DNA of 64,000 nucleotides from the IMG/VR virus record IMGVR_UViG_3300047550_006186. One strand, given 5' to 3'. The position numbers were made by a program, and so were the translations under genes. Below the pieces are notes generated by a model, which did no database searches, was not told where the DNA came from, and saw only the letters and a program-made list of their open reading frames with translations. This stretch comes from a virus. Shown here one piece after another: positions 1 through 8,125 of this stretch (positions are counted from its first letter, which is position 1; every line of letters begins with the position of its first letter).

Positions 1-225
1 AGTTCTTGGATCACAGTTAGTTTCTCACGCAATCTCAGAAGATCATTATCCATCATACGTATACGATCAATCAACGCAATCAGCACAGTGTTGGCCTCAC
101 TCAACACTGGTTTGACTTCTTGAGTGACCCAATTCCAAACGTAATGGATCATCCAACCCATACCTCCAGCAGCCACAATGGGAAATCCATATTTGCTAAC
201 CAGTTCAGCTATTTGATCCATATTC
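1..225 (-). CDS. Small single-pass membrane protein, partial (continues past window start); paralog of 827..1108
   Basis: ATG at 223-225 on minus strand; translation MDQIAELVSKYGFPIVAAGGMGWMIHYVWNW...LIALIDRIRMMDNDLLRLREKL parallels the 827..1108 product (FPIAAAGGAGYFVF...IMALDNRVKTMNHDIIRLDVL). Confidence 0.4.
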
Positions 226-242
226 CCATCCTTGCTTGTTTA

Positions 243-806
243 TCAAAACCACAAAAACAAACCATTCAAACTCAACAACAATCCCAATGCAGCTACACCA
301 AAGCTACCATAAAACAAAGGCATGCTCACAGCCAAAATACTGGCGCTTAATAACACAATTGCCAATTGGTAGGCAGTGCTGGCATATCCAATCCAAGGAC
401 TGCGCAATTTGGCCTCATCTCGTTCATGTTCCAAATGAGCTGCTTTTTGCCCAATCTCTTGTTTTTCCTGGTGCATACGTTGGCTTTCGGCCTGTAGCCT
501 TTGCTGATGTTCACCAGTTGCTTGCAGGGCCGCAGTTTCATAAATCACACCACGCACATTCTTGGCCTGATACCAACTCCATTGATTGTTGGCACTGATT
601 GTATTATTGAGAATAGTGCTGCTCAATTTGCCACCATACCAAGCATTGAGCGCCAGCAACAAAGCAAACAAATTGATAACCAATCCAGCTTTGTCTTTGA
701 TGCGGGCTTCTCTTTCACTGCGACTGCCTGGTAGAGGAGCGGGTGCATGGGGATCACGGGTTTGTTTGGTAAACATTTTGAGAACGGTGTCTACTACATT
801 GGCCAT
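243..806 (-). CDS. Hypothetical membrane protein (C-terminal hydrophobic segments)
   Basis: 187-aa ORF with N-terminal charged/coiled region and two C-terminal TM-like stretches; flanked by the two paralogous small membrane proteins. Confidence 0.4.
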   Translation of the reverse strand: MANVVDTVLKMFTKQTRDPHAPAPLPGSRSEREARIKDKAGLVINLFALLLALNAWYGGKLSSTILNNTISANNQWSWYQAKNVRGVIYETAALQATGEHQQRLQAESQRMHQEKQEIGQKAAHLEHERDEAKLRSPWIGYASTAYQLAIVLLSASILAVSMPLFYGSFGVAALGLLLSLNGLFLWF

Positions 807-826
807 ATTATTACTACTCTTGTTGA

Positions 827-1108
827 TCAGTCTCTACGTGCGTCATCTTTGCCGTTGGCACGTGCAACGCGATTGATGTCTGGCTTGACACCCAGACTGT
901 GGCTCATGAGCACATCCAATCTGATTATGTCATGGTTCATGGTTTTGACTCTGTTGTCCAAGGCCATGATAATACCACTCAACCCTTTTATGCTACTGGT
1001 TACTCCAGCCAAAATAAATTTGAGAGTGAGAAATACAAAATAGCCTGCTCCACCTGCTGCTGCAATGGGAAAGCCCACATCACCCACAAATTTGAAAAAT
1101 TCCATCAT
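827..1108 (-). CDS. Small single-pass membrane protein (holin-like/DUF2730-like architecture)
   Basis: 93 aa; N-terminal TM (GFPIAAAGGAGYFVFLTLKFILAGV) followed by an amphipathic helix; paralog of the ORF at 1..225. Confidence 0.4.
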   Translation of the reverse strand: MMEFFKFVGDVGFPIAAAGGAGYFVFLTLKFILAGVTSSIKGLSGIIMALDNRVKTMNHDIIRLDVLMSHSLGVKPDINRVARANGKDDARRD

Positions 1109-1145
1109 GCAAATATTTAAAAAGTATCGCTATACCTAATCTGAT

Positions 1146-1198
1146 GTGATTATTGACAAAAATAAGGATTGACACACCTGCAGAAAATGTTAGGATGC
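1146..1198 (+). promoter_or_regulatory. Sigma70-like promoter(s) upstream of the RlpA-like gene
   Basis: Two TTGACA hexamers (1146, 1170); the second is followed after 16 nt by TAGGAT; AAGGAG SD 8 nt before ATG 1219. Confidence 0.4.
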
Positions 1199-1218
1199 AA
1201 AAATTAAGGAGTCAGATA

Positions 1219-1569
1219 ATGAATAAATTGTTCACTTTAACCATGGCTGCCTTGTTGTGTCACACGAGTGCTACCGCAGCTTCCACAGTCACCACCAGCT
1301 GGTATGGCAAGAAATGGAATGGTAGGATCACTGCCAGTGGAGAAATTTTCAACCACCGCAAGATGACTGCTGCCCACAAAACTTTGCCTTTGGGCACACA
1401 ACTTTTGGTAGGGCATGGCAACCGCAAGGTGTTGGTGCGGGTGAATGATCGCGGCCCCTATGTGAAAGGAAGAAATTTGGACGTGAGTGAGGCAGTAGCA
1501 GTGCGCCTGGGCATCAAGAAAAAAGGTGTGTGCCGAGTGCATGTACAGGTGATCAACAAGCCACATTGA
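1219..1569 (+). CDS. rlpA: RlpA-like double-psi beta-barrel (DPBB) lipoprotein
   Basis: Signal peptide MNKLFTLTMAALLCHTSA; DPBB hallmarks SWYG...TASGE.F...TAAHKTLPLGT...VRVNDRGPY...LDVS.A.A..LG; AAGGAG SD. Confidence 0.75.
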   Translation: MNKLFTLTMAALLCHTSATAASTVTTSWYGKKWNGRITASGEIFNHRKMTAAHKTLPLGTQLLVGHGNRKVLVRVNDRGPYVKGRNLDVSEAVAVRLGIKKKGVCRVHVQVINKPH

Positions 1570-1717
1570 CATAATGTGCCCTGTTTCCTTGATCAAGGCA
1601 ATCTAAATCAATCCAAGCACGTCGCGTCTTCAGACCCATAGTAGTTCACATTCCAGGCAATGTGGGGTGTTTGACATTCAAGGAACAGTGTGTTATTGTT
1701 CATGTACAAAATATTTG

Positions 1718-2062
1718 ATGAAAAATGTAATGACATACAAGATGTTTTTGGATGACGTGCGTGAACCTTCTTGGGTACACAATGGCAATCCTGACGATTG
1801 GACCGTTTGCCGCAGCATGGAACAAGCTGTCAACGTGTTTGAGGACTTGGGTTGGCCACAGCTGATCAGCTTTGACCATGATCTGGGAAAAGATGTTCCC
1901 ACAGGCATGGATTTTGCACATTGGTTGGTCAACCAGGATCTGGACACCGGGACTATGCCTCTTGATTTTGAGTTCTGTGTTCACAGTGCAAACCCAGTGG
2001 GTGCTGCCAATATTCAAGGTCTGCTTGACAATTATCTGTGCAACAAAAAAGGTCAAAAATAA
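1718..2062 (+). CDS. Hypothetical protein (start uncertain; 1718/1730/1742)
   Basis: ORF 1667..2062; conserved-looking FLDDVREP...ISFDHDLG...DFAHWLV segments; no clear SD. Confidence 0.35.
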   Translation: MKNVMTYKMFLDDVREPSWVHNGNPDDWTVCRSMEQAVNVFEDLGWPQLISFDHDLGKDVPTGMDFAHWLVNQDLDTGTMPLDFEFCVHSANPVGAANIQGLLDNYLCNKKGQK

Positions 2063-3052
2063 ATGCACATGCCTTTTCAACTTCCACGTACTTTTTGTGG
2101 AGTAGCCAACTATACAAATCAACCATATGTGGTGGTGGGGGCACCCACAGACAGTGCCACCACTTTCCGCAGCGGCAGCAGGATGGGACCTGGCGCCATT
2201 CGTGATGCCAGTCTCATGCTGTGTGATGGCGAGCATGAATGGTTTCCTGTCAGTTTTGACCAAATGGTGGGTGACGCTGGTGACATGGGAATTGTCAGTG
2301 GCAACGTGCAACAAGCATTGGCCACTATCCAGGATATGCACTCCACCTTTGTGCAGAACAACAAACATGTGGTAACACTGGGTGGAGATCACAGCATAAC
2401 ACTGGCTTGTTTGCGCAGTCTATACAAAAAGCAGGGCACTATGGCAATGGTGCATTTTGATGCACATTGCGATACTTGGAGTGATCATTTTGGTGAAAAA
2501 TATGGCCATGGCACCTGGTTGCGCAATGCCATTGAAGAAGGCTTGGTTGACCCCAGGAAATGCGTGAGTGTGGGTGTCCGCAGTCCTGCAGAAAAATCTG
2601 TGAGAAAATGGTTGAGCGACCAAGGTGGCACAACCATCACTGCAAGACAGGCTGCGGGCTATACTGCAATTACACTAAGTGACATTATTGCATATGCGTG
2701 TACACATAATACACCCACTTACCTTAGTTTGGACATTGATTGTTTGGATCCAGCTTTTGCTCCAGGCACTGGCACACCTGAAATTGGTGGCTTGAGCTCC
2801 TTGTTTGTAAGTGCTATTATAGACCATTTAACACAAGTCAAATGGTGCGGTATGGATTTGGTTGAAGTAGCACCTGCATATGATCATAGCCAAATAACTG
2901 CATTGGCTGGAGCTACCTTTGTCTGGCAATATATTAGTATGCAAATTTTTCAAAATCAGAAAAAAATCAATTCAACAGTCAACTCGAAACAGATCAATCA
3001 AGAGCGTATTCAATTGTTGCCTGATTGGGTGAAAAATATGATCACATTGTGA
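2063..3052 (+). CDS. speB: Agmatinase (ureohydrolase/arginase family)
   Basis: Mn-binding ureohydrolase motifs GGDHSIT, DAHCDTW, SLDIDCLDPAFAPGTGTPEIGGLS; 329 aa. Confidence 0.8.
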   Translation: MHMPFQLPRTFCGVANYTNQPYVVVGAPTDSATTFRSGSRMGPGAIRDASLMLCDGEHEWFPVSFDQMVGDAGDMGIVSGNVQQALATIQDMHSTFVQNNKHVVTLGGDHSITLACLRSLYKKQGTMAMVHFDAHCDTWSDHFGEKYGHGTWLRNAIEEGLVDPRKCVSVGVRSPAEKSVRKWLSDQGGTTITARQAAGYTAITLSDIIAYACTHNTPTYLSLDIDCLDPAFAPGTGTPEIGGLSSLFVSAIIDHLTQVKWCGMDLVEVAPAYDHSQITALAGATFVWQYISMQIFQNQKKINSTVNSKQINQERIQLLPDWVKNMITL

Positions 3053-3074
3053 CTAGGCATAAGGATGAAACCAA

Positions 3075-3308
3075 GTGTTAACATATGAATTTGTGACTCT
3101 TTCACTATTATTTTTGACCTGTGTGATGTTGGTAGGATCAGTTGTTGGCGTCATATTGTGGCTGGCTTATCGTTTATTTTTTGCTGATCAAAGTCAGCGT
3201 TTGACAATTGTTGATAATGTTTTTATTTTCCTCACAATTGGTGTGATGGTCACTGCACTATCTTTTGGTGTGATGGTCACTGCACTATCTTTTGTGTTGG
3301 CCCATTGA
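3075..3308 (+). CDS. Small hydrophobic protein containing a 27-bp tandem duplication
   Basis: 77 aa, two TM-like segments; 3' end carries direct repeat ggtgtgatggtcactgcactatctttt x2 (VMVTALSFGVMVTALSF). Confidence 0.3.
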   Translation: MLTYEFVTLSLLFLTCVMLVGSVVGVILWLAYRLFFADQSQRLTIVDNVFIFLTIGVMVTALSFGVMVTALSFVLAH

Positions 3309-3329
3309 GCTAATATGTCAAAAAAATGG

Positions 3330-3357
3330 TTGACAATCTCAGCAACCATGCTATATT
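3330..3357 (+). promoter_or_regulatory. Sigma70-like promoter TTGACA-N16-TGcTATATT
   Basis: TTGACA 3330-3335, extended -10 TGCTATATT 3349-3357; followed by repeated GTGACATA / TTGACATGA half-sites and an 8-bp inverted repeat ttatgtca...tgacataa (3474-3498) ahead of rIIA. Confidence 0.5.
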
Positions 3358-3549
3358 GGTGACATAGAGCAAGGAATAGTTGACATGAGACTGGGTGACA
3401 AGCTCAAGCAGAGCATTGCAGATGCAGAACGAGACGCCCTGGGCGTGTGAACAATTGAAAAAAAATATTGTGTTATGTCATTTAATGAGTGACATAAGAC
3501 AATTTTATCATATTATGCATCTGTATAATACAGAGGAACTCTAGTAGTC

Positions 3550-5652
3550 ATGAAGATCAATCAAGTTGTGGAAGACGTTGAGCGCGGCAGTGTCACACAG
3601 GAACGGGGCTTTAGTATTCAGGCCAATGCTAGGGCTTTCCAGATTCTCAGCAGCAACCTGTATTCTGACAAGATCACAGCAGTGATCCGTGAGCTCAGCT
3701 GTAATGCACTGGACAGTCATGTGGCTGCCGGCAAGACAGGTACACCTTTTGATGTTCATCTGCCCAATGCCCTGGAACCCTATTTCAGTGTGCAGGATTA
3801 TGGACTGGGACTCAGCCATGATCAGGTCATGAGCATCTATACAACCTACTTTGAAAGCACCAAGACCAACACCAACGAACTGATTGGTGGCCTGGGCCTG
3901 GGCAGCAAGAGCCCATTCAGTTACACCAGCAGCTTTGATGTTGTGAGTGTTCACAATGGTGTTTCTCGTAGCTATGCCATGTTCATCAACGAGGCTGGCA
4001 AGCCCAGTGTGGCATTCATGGGCGAGACACCCACTGATGCCCCCAATGGGGTCAAGGTCAGCATGCCTGTCAAGAGCACTGATTTTCAGGGCTTTCAGGA
4101 AAAGGCTGCACGAGTGTTCAAGTGGTTCAGCCACCGCCCAGTTGTGAGTGGCAGCAGCAGCTTTGTGATTCCTGAACTCAAGATCAATTGTGATATCCAG
4201 GGCCAGGGTTGGCGCCTGCAGGACGTGAGTTTTGATCGCTACTCAAGGCACCAGGCAATGGCCCTCATGGGCAATGTGGCCTATCCGCTCAATGCTGCTG
4301 TGATCAACACCAAGTTCCAGCAACTGCTTGCGTGGCCAATTATTATTGACTTTGCTATTGGCGAACTTGATATCAGCGCCAGCCGCGAAGACCTCAGCTA
4401 TGATCCAGTGACTGTGCAGGTTATTGAAACCAAGCTTGGTCAGATCATCAAGGAATTGGAGAAGCGCATCCAGGACAAGTTCAAGAATGCTGCTACACTG
4501 TGGGAAGCACGTCTGCTGTTGAAAAAGATGACCTCTGATCGAACCCTGAACGATATCCTGTATGTGATGGAGAGAGGTGGCTTCAGGGTCATGTGGAAGG
4601 GCGAGGAGGTCAGCCACCATCACATCAATTGGCACAAAATGTTTCTGGATGTTGATACTGATCCTCATCCGCCAGTTTATGACGTGAGTACTTTCAGCCG
4701 TGCTCGCTATTGTAGAGCTATTGAACCCACAGACAAAGTTGTGTTCATCCTCAAGGATGTGAGTGATACAAGCGCTCGATGCAAGCTGGCCTATTACAAT
4801 ACCCAGAAGCGAGCTTTTATGATTGAAGCTGCCATTGGCAATGACGCCACCAAGTGTCCTCAGGTTGCTCGTCTTCTCAAGCACATTGGTGATCCGCCCA
4901 CCATCCTGGGGAGCAGCCTCTCCAAGGCTCCTCGCAAGAGCATGAAGTTCAAGGGAATTGTTTGGACTGGCAACAGCAGGACATGGCAGCCTCGCAAGAG
5001 CGATAACTGGACTGGAGAGAAGGAGCTCCTCAGTAGCCAGGGTGGTTATTATGTGACCATCAGTGGTTTGGATCCAGTTTACATTGTGAGTGCCAAGGAG
5101 GAAAAGCAGCTGAACCTCAATGATATTGTCCACAGTGCCCAGGCATTGGGCATCCTTGCCAAGACAGATCAGGTTTGGGGCATCAACAAGACCAACAGCC
5201 GTCTGATCAAGGATGAACCCAAGTGGATCAATGTGTATGAGTTCGTGCAGAAGAAAGTGCTTGAGCTGATCAGCAATGGCAACACTGCTGACCTGGTTCA
5301 TGCTCGTGAACAGTATGAATTGATCAACACCAAGTTCTACACCAATCATGATGTGTGGACTCGTATGTTTGGCAATCATGACAACAGCTTGGGCAAGTTT
5401 GTGCGGGCTTGGAAGAATGCTGCGGTGGCAGGCAGCAAGATGGACCTGCGGGCATTGCGCACACTTGTCACAGTTTATGGAGTCGACCTGGAGGGGCGCA
5501 AGACTGTCAAAACAGAGAGCTTGATTGATATGTGGAGTCAGGCCGTCAAGGACTATCCCATGCTGGTCAAGTTTGAGCGTGATAGTAGCGGAGATATCTT
5601 TTGGCCACTGCTGGTTGATTACGTGAATTTTGTTGACATTACCAAGAAGTAA
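3550..5652 (+). CDS. rIIA: rIIA-like protein with N-terminal GHKL (HATPase_c) ATPase domain
   Basis: 700 aa; GHKL N-box ELSCNALDSH and G-rich loop GGLGLGSKSPF; size and position immediately upstream of an unmistakable rIIB homolog. Confidence 0.8.
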   Translation: MKINQVVEDVERGSVTQERGFSIQANARAFQILSSNLYSDKITAVIRELSCNALDSHVAAGKTGTPFDVHLPNALEPYFSVQDYGLGLSHDQVMSIYTTYFESTKTNTNELIGGLGLGSKSPFSYTSSFDVVSVHNGVSRSYAMFINEAGKPSVAFMGETPTDAPNGVKVSMPVKSTDFQGFQEKAARVFKWFSHRPVVSGSSSFVIPELKINCDIQGQGWRLQDVSFDRYSRHQAMALMGNVAYPLNAAVINTKFQQLLAWPIIIDFAIGELDISASREDLSYDPVTVQVIETKLGQIIKELEKRIQDKFKNAATLWEARLLLKKMTSDRTLNDILYVMERGGFRVMWKGEEVSHHHINWHKMFLDVDTDPHPPVYDVSTFSRARYCRAIEPTDKVVFILKDVSDTSARCKLAYYNTQKRAFMIEAAIGNDATKCPQVARLLKHIGDPPTILGSSLSKAPRKSMKFKGIVWTGNSRTWQPRKSDNWTGEKELLSSQGGYYVTISGLDPVYIVSAKEEKQLNLNDIVHSAQALGILAKTDQVWGINKTNSRLIKDEPKWINVYEFVQKKVLELISNGNTADLVHAREQYELINTKFYTNHDVWTRMFGNHDNSLGKFVRAWKNAAVAGSKMDLRALRTLVTVYGVDLEGRKTVKTESLIDMWSQAVKDYPMLVKFERDSSGDIFWPLLVDYVNFVDITKK

Positions 5653-5693
5653 GTTATATTATTATCAGCCAAAAACACAGGAGAAATTGGCAA

Positions 5694-7082
5694 ATGACTA
5701 TTCCGTATATTGTTACCAAGGATAGCGTGACCGTCATGTATAACGGTGTGACCACCACCGTCCGAGACGGTATGATCAACTACGCCAGCCTACGCGAAGC
5801 AATTCGCAACAAGGATTGGGATAGCATTCCCAATCTACTCAACCCTGCCCGTGCAGTTGAATCTTTTGGCAATGGTGCCATTGAGGTTCGTGACGGAGAG
5901 GTCTACTACCAGGGCGAAATCATGCGCAACGGGCTAACCCGTCGCATCCTGGAAATGGTGGGAGAGGGCTTTGACGCTGATCCGCTAACCAAGTTTCTAG
6001 GCAAGCTCATGGACAATCCCAGCAAAACTGCTGTGGATGAATTGTATTCTTGGCTTGAAGGCACCAACCTGCCCATCACAGAAGATGGTTGCTTTATGGC
6101 CTACAAGAAGGTGGGTGAAGATTATCTGGATTTCTATACTGGCAAGGTTCTCAACAAGCCTGCAGGGTTCATGACGGATGCGGATCTGGAATACATCAAG
6201 AACACACAGGGTGTGGTGAGTGTGGAAGTCACGGATGGTGTGACCACAGTCAGCATGCCACGCAACAAGGTTGATGACAACCGTGACCGCACCTGCAGCC
6301 AGGGCCTGCATTTCTGCAGCCTCAGTTACCTGCCCCACTATCATGGTGGACGTGGTCGCGTGCTGCTGGTCAAGGTTGATCCTGCAGATGTGGTGAGCAT
6401 TCCCAGCGATTACGACAATGCCAAGGGCCGTGCATGGCGATACCAGATTGTGGGCGAGCACACAGATGGTGAAACTCGTGAAGCCTACGCTACTCCTGTT
6501 GCCACACCTGATGGCAAGCCCACCTATGGACGCCAGTTTCTCACAGAGGATGTCAACACCCTGGTGCTGGGTGTGAACTTTGGCACCGAAGATCGCGCAA
6601 CCCTGGTGCGTGATATGATCGCAGATTGCAGTCACCAAGTAGGCACCAGCCGCACTGGAGAACAGGGTCGGGATGATGGTTTTGATGATGCCTGGAACAA
6701 GGCAGATGCAAACCTCAGCCGGTTTACTGGCAGCAACATGCGTGAGGCTGTGGAATATGCACAGGCATATTTTGAAGGCTACGACAAGTGCAATGGTTTT
6801 GCACCCCAGGTGCAGGTAAACAACACAGAGGCTCAAGATCAGGCCAATGTGTATTCATATGAAACCGTTGAGCAGCGTGATGAGATTGTCCGAGTGCTGA
6901 GCATGCCCATCAACAAGAATGGTGCTCGTCATGGATATGACAATGGCTATGACGATGGCCAGCAAGATGCTGAAAGTGACAAGCGAAATGGCCGATCCTT
7001 CAACCTAGAAGCTGCCATTCCAGGTGGCAAGAACTACCGAGACGGTTATATCAAAGCATATGTACTCCACTACTGCTGGTGA
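5694..7082 (+). CDS. rIIB: rIIB-like protein
   Basis: Strong similarity to T4 rIIB C-terminal core: ITEDGCFMAYKKV..., RTCSQGLHFCSLSYLPHY, RVLLVKVDPADVVSIPSDYDNAKGRAWRYQIV (T4: TQTCSRGLHVCSKSYIRHF...VKVHPRDVVSIPIDYNDAKMRTCQYEVV). Confidence 0.85.
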   Translation: MTIPYIVTKDSVTVMYNGVTTTVRDGMINYASLREAIRNKDWDSIPNLLNPARAVESFGNGAIEVRDGEVYYQGEIMRNGLTRRILEMVGEGFDADPLTKFLGKLMDNPSKTAVDELYSWLEGTNLPITEDGCFMAYKKVGEDYLDFYTGKVLNKPAGFMTDADLEYIKNTQGVVSVEVTDGVTTVSMPRNKVDDNRDRTCSQGLHFCSLSYLPHYHGGRGRVLLVKVDPADVVSIPSDYDNAKGRAWRYQIVGEHTDGETREAYATPVATPDGKPTYGRQFLTEDVNTLVLGVNFGTEDRATLVRDMIADCSHQVGTSRTGEQGRDDGFDDAWNKADANLSRFTGSNMREAVEYAQAYFEGYDKCNGFAPQVQVNNTEAQDQANVYSYETVEQRDEIVRVLSMPINKNGARHGYDNGYDDGQQDAESDKRNGRSFNLEAAIPGGKNYRDGYIKAYVLHYCW

Positions 7083-7138
7083 CCCAACTCCAATAACTGG
7101 GCGGGCCTAAAAACCTGCCCTTTTTCATATAAAAGGAG

Positions 7139-7696
7139 ATGAAACTGTTTGTATTAGAATTTCTGGCCTTTGGTGCCTGGGGATTTTGGTTGTTGACTCT
7201 AGGCGGTGCGGTGCTCATGAGTGAGCTTTTGGACAAGGATGCACCAGGTTGGGCCATTATCCTGGCTATTGTGACAGTGGTTATCCTGGCTGTGTTTGGT
7301 GGTATCAATCCCATCCAGTGGATTCTACACAATCCTTGGGAAACTGTGCTGGCCCTAGTTGGTTATTTTGCAGTAGGTGCAATATGGAGCCTGATCAAAT
7401 GGTATTTTTTCCTGCTGGGCGTTCGCCGCCACATACAAGATATGCGCAGAGAGCATCCAGACTGGGTCGACAAGGATGTTGTCAACCTACTCAGATGTGC
7501 TGGTGTGTGGGGTGAATTTCCTCCGCAGGTCAGAGACAACAAAAGCCGAGTGATCGGATGGATGGCACTGTGGCCAGCCAGCATGGTGTGGACTGTGATC
7601 AACGATCCTGTTCGCCGAGCTTGTGAGGAGATCTACAACCGACTGGGCGGGGTTTATCAGGCCATCAGCAACCGAGTTTTTCGCGATTTCAAATAA
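7139..7696 (+). CDS. Multi-pass membrane protein, unknown function
   Basis: 185 aa with 3-4 hydrophobic helices; GGAG-like SD (aaaaggagatg). Confidence 0.5.
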   Translation: MKLFVLEFLAFGAWGFWLLTLGGAVLMSELLDKDAPGWAIILAIVTVVILAVFGGINPIQWILHNPWETVLALVGYFAVGAIWSLIKWYFFLLGVRRHIQDMRREHPDWVDKDVVNLLRCAGVWGEFPPQVRDNKSRVIGWMALWPASMVWTVINDPVRRACEEIYNRLGGVYQAISNRVFRDFK

Positions 7697-7721
7697 CCAA
7701 AATCAGCAAGATGTCAACAAC

Positions 7722-7755
7722 AGGTGGTGAATCAAGTTCACCACCTTTTTTCATG
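7722..7755 (+). terminator. Rho-independent terminator
   Basis: aggtggtgaa-tcaag-ttcaccacct stem followed by TTTTTTC. Confidence 0.5.
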
Positions 7756-8079
7756 GCCAGTCCACACCCAAAATCTCTATGCTCAAAATAGTGTAGTCAT
7801 CGCCAATTTTGGCAACCACTTGTTCCATGAGATTTTGATGACTGTTCAAAATAAACACTCTTGTTGATTGTTGCTGTTGGGGAGTGACTATTCTAATCAC
7901 ATAATAGAGCATGTACAATCTCCCTATGACATGCAATGTTGACTATTTATCAAAAACAATTATCAGCATGGATAACTATATGTGTCCAGAGGATTTGACA
8001 TGTATCGTCCATGTCAAAATTAGGAGGAGATTGTATTGAATAATTTCATTCATTTCACAAATAATCTACTGAGATTAAA

Positions 8080-8117
8080 TATCTCAAGTGCAGCAATGCA
8101 CTTGAGATATTTTTTTT
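8080..8117 (+). terminator. Strong hairpin + T8 run immediately upstream of the DnaE-like start codon
   Basis: atctcaagtgca-gcaa-tgcacttgagat (12-bp perfect stem) + TTTTTTTT, ending 8 nt before ATG 8126. Confidence 0.5.
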
Positions 8118-8125
8118 GAGGCACC

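Noticed and set aside
1700-2392. 230-aa minus-strand ORF overlapping agmatinase and upstream gene
   Set aside because: It is antisense to a gene with clear ureohydrolase motifs. The His/Cys-rich translation looks spurious.
3241-3300. Tandem direct repeat (27 bp x 2) as possible CRISPR or satellite
   Set aside because: There are only two units, both inside a small ORF, with no spacer-repeat architecture. It is a simple duplication.
3541-6836. Antisense ORFs inside rIIA/rIIB (3541..4134, 4243..5379, 5997..6836)
   Set aside because: They overlap genes with unambiguous homology on the opposite strand and have no independent signals.
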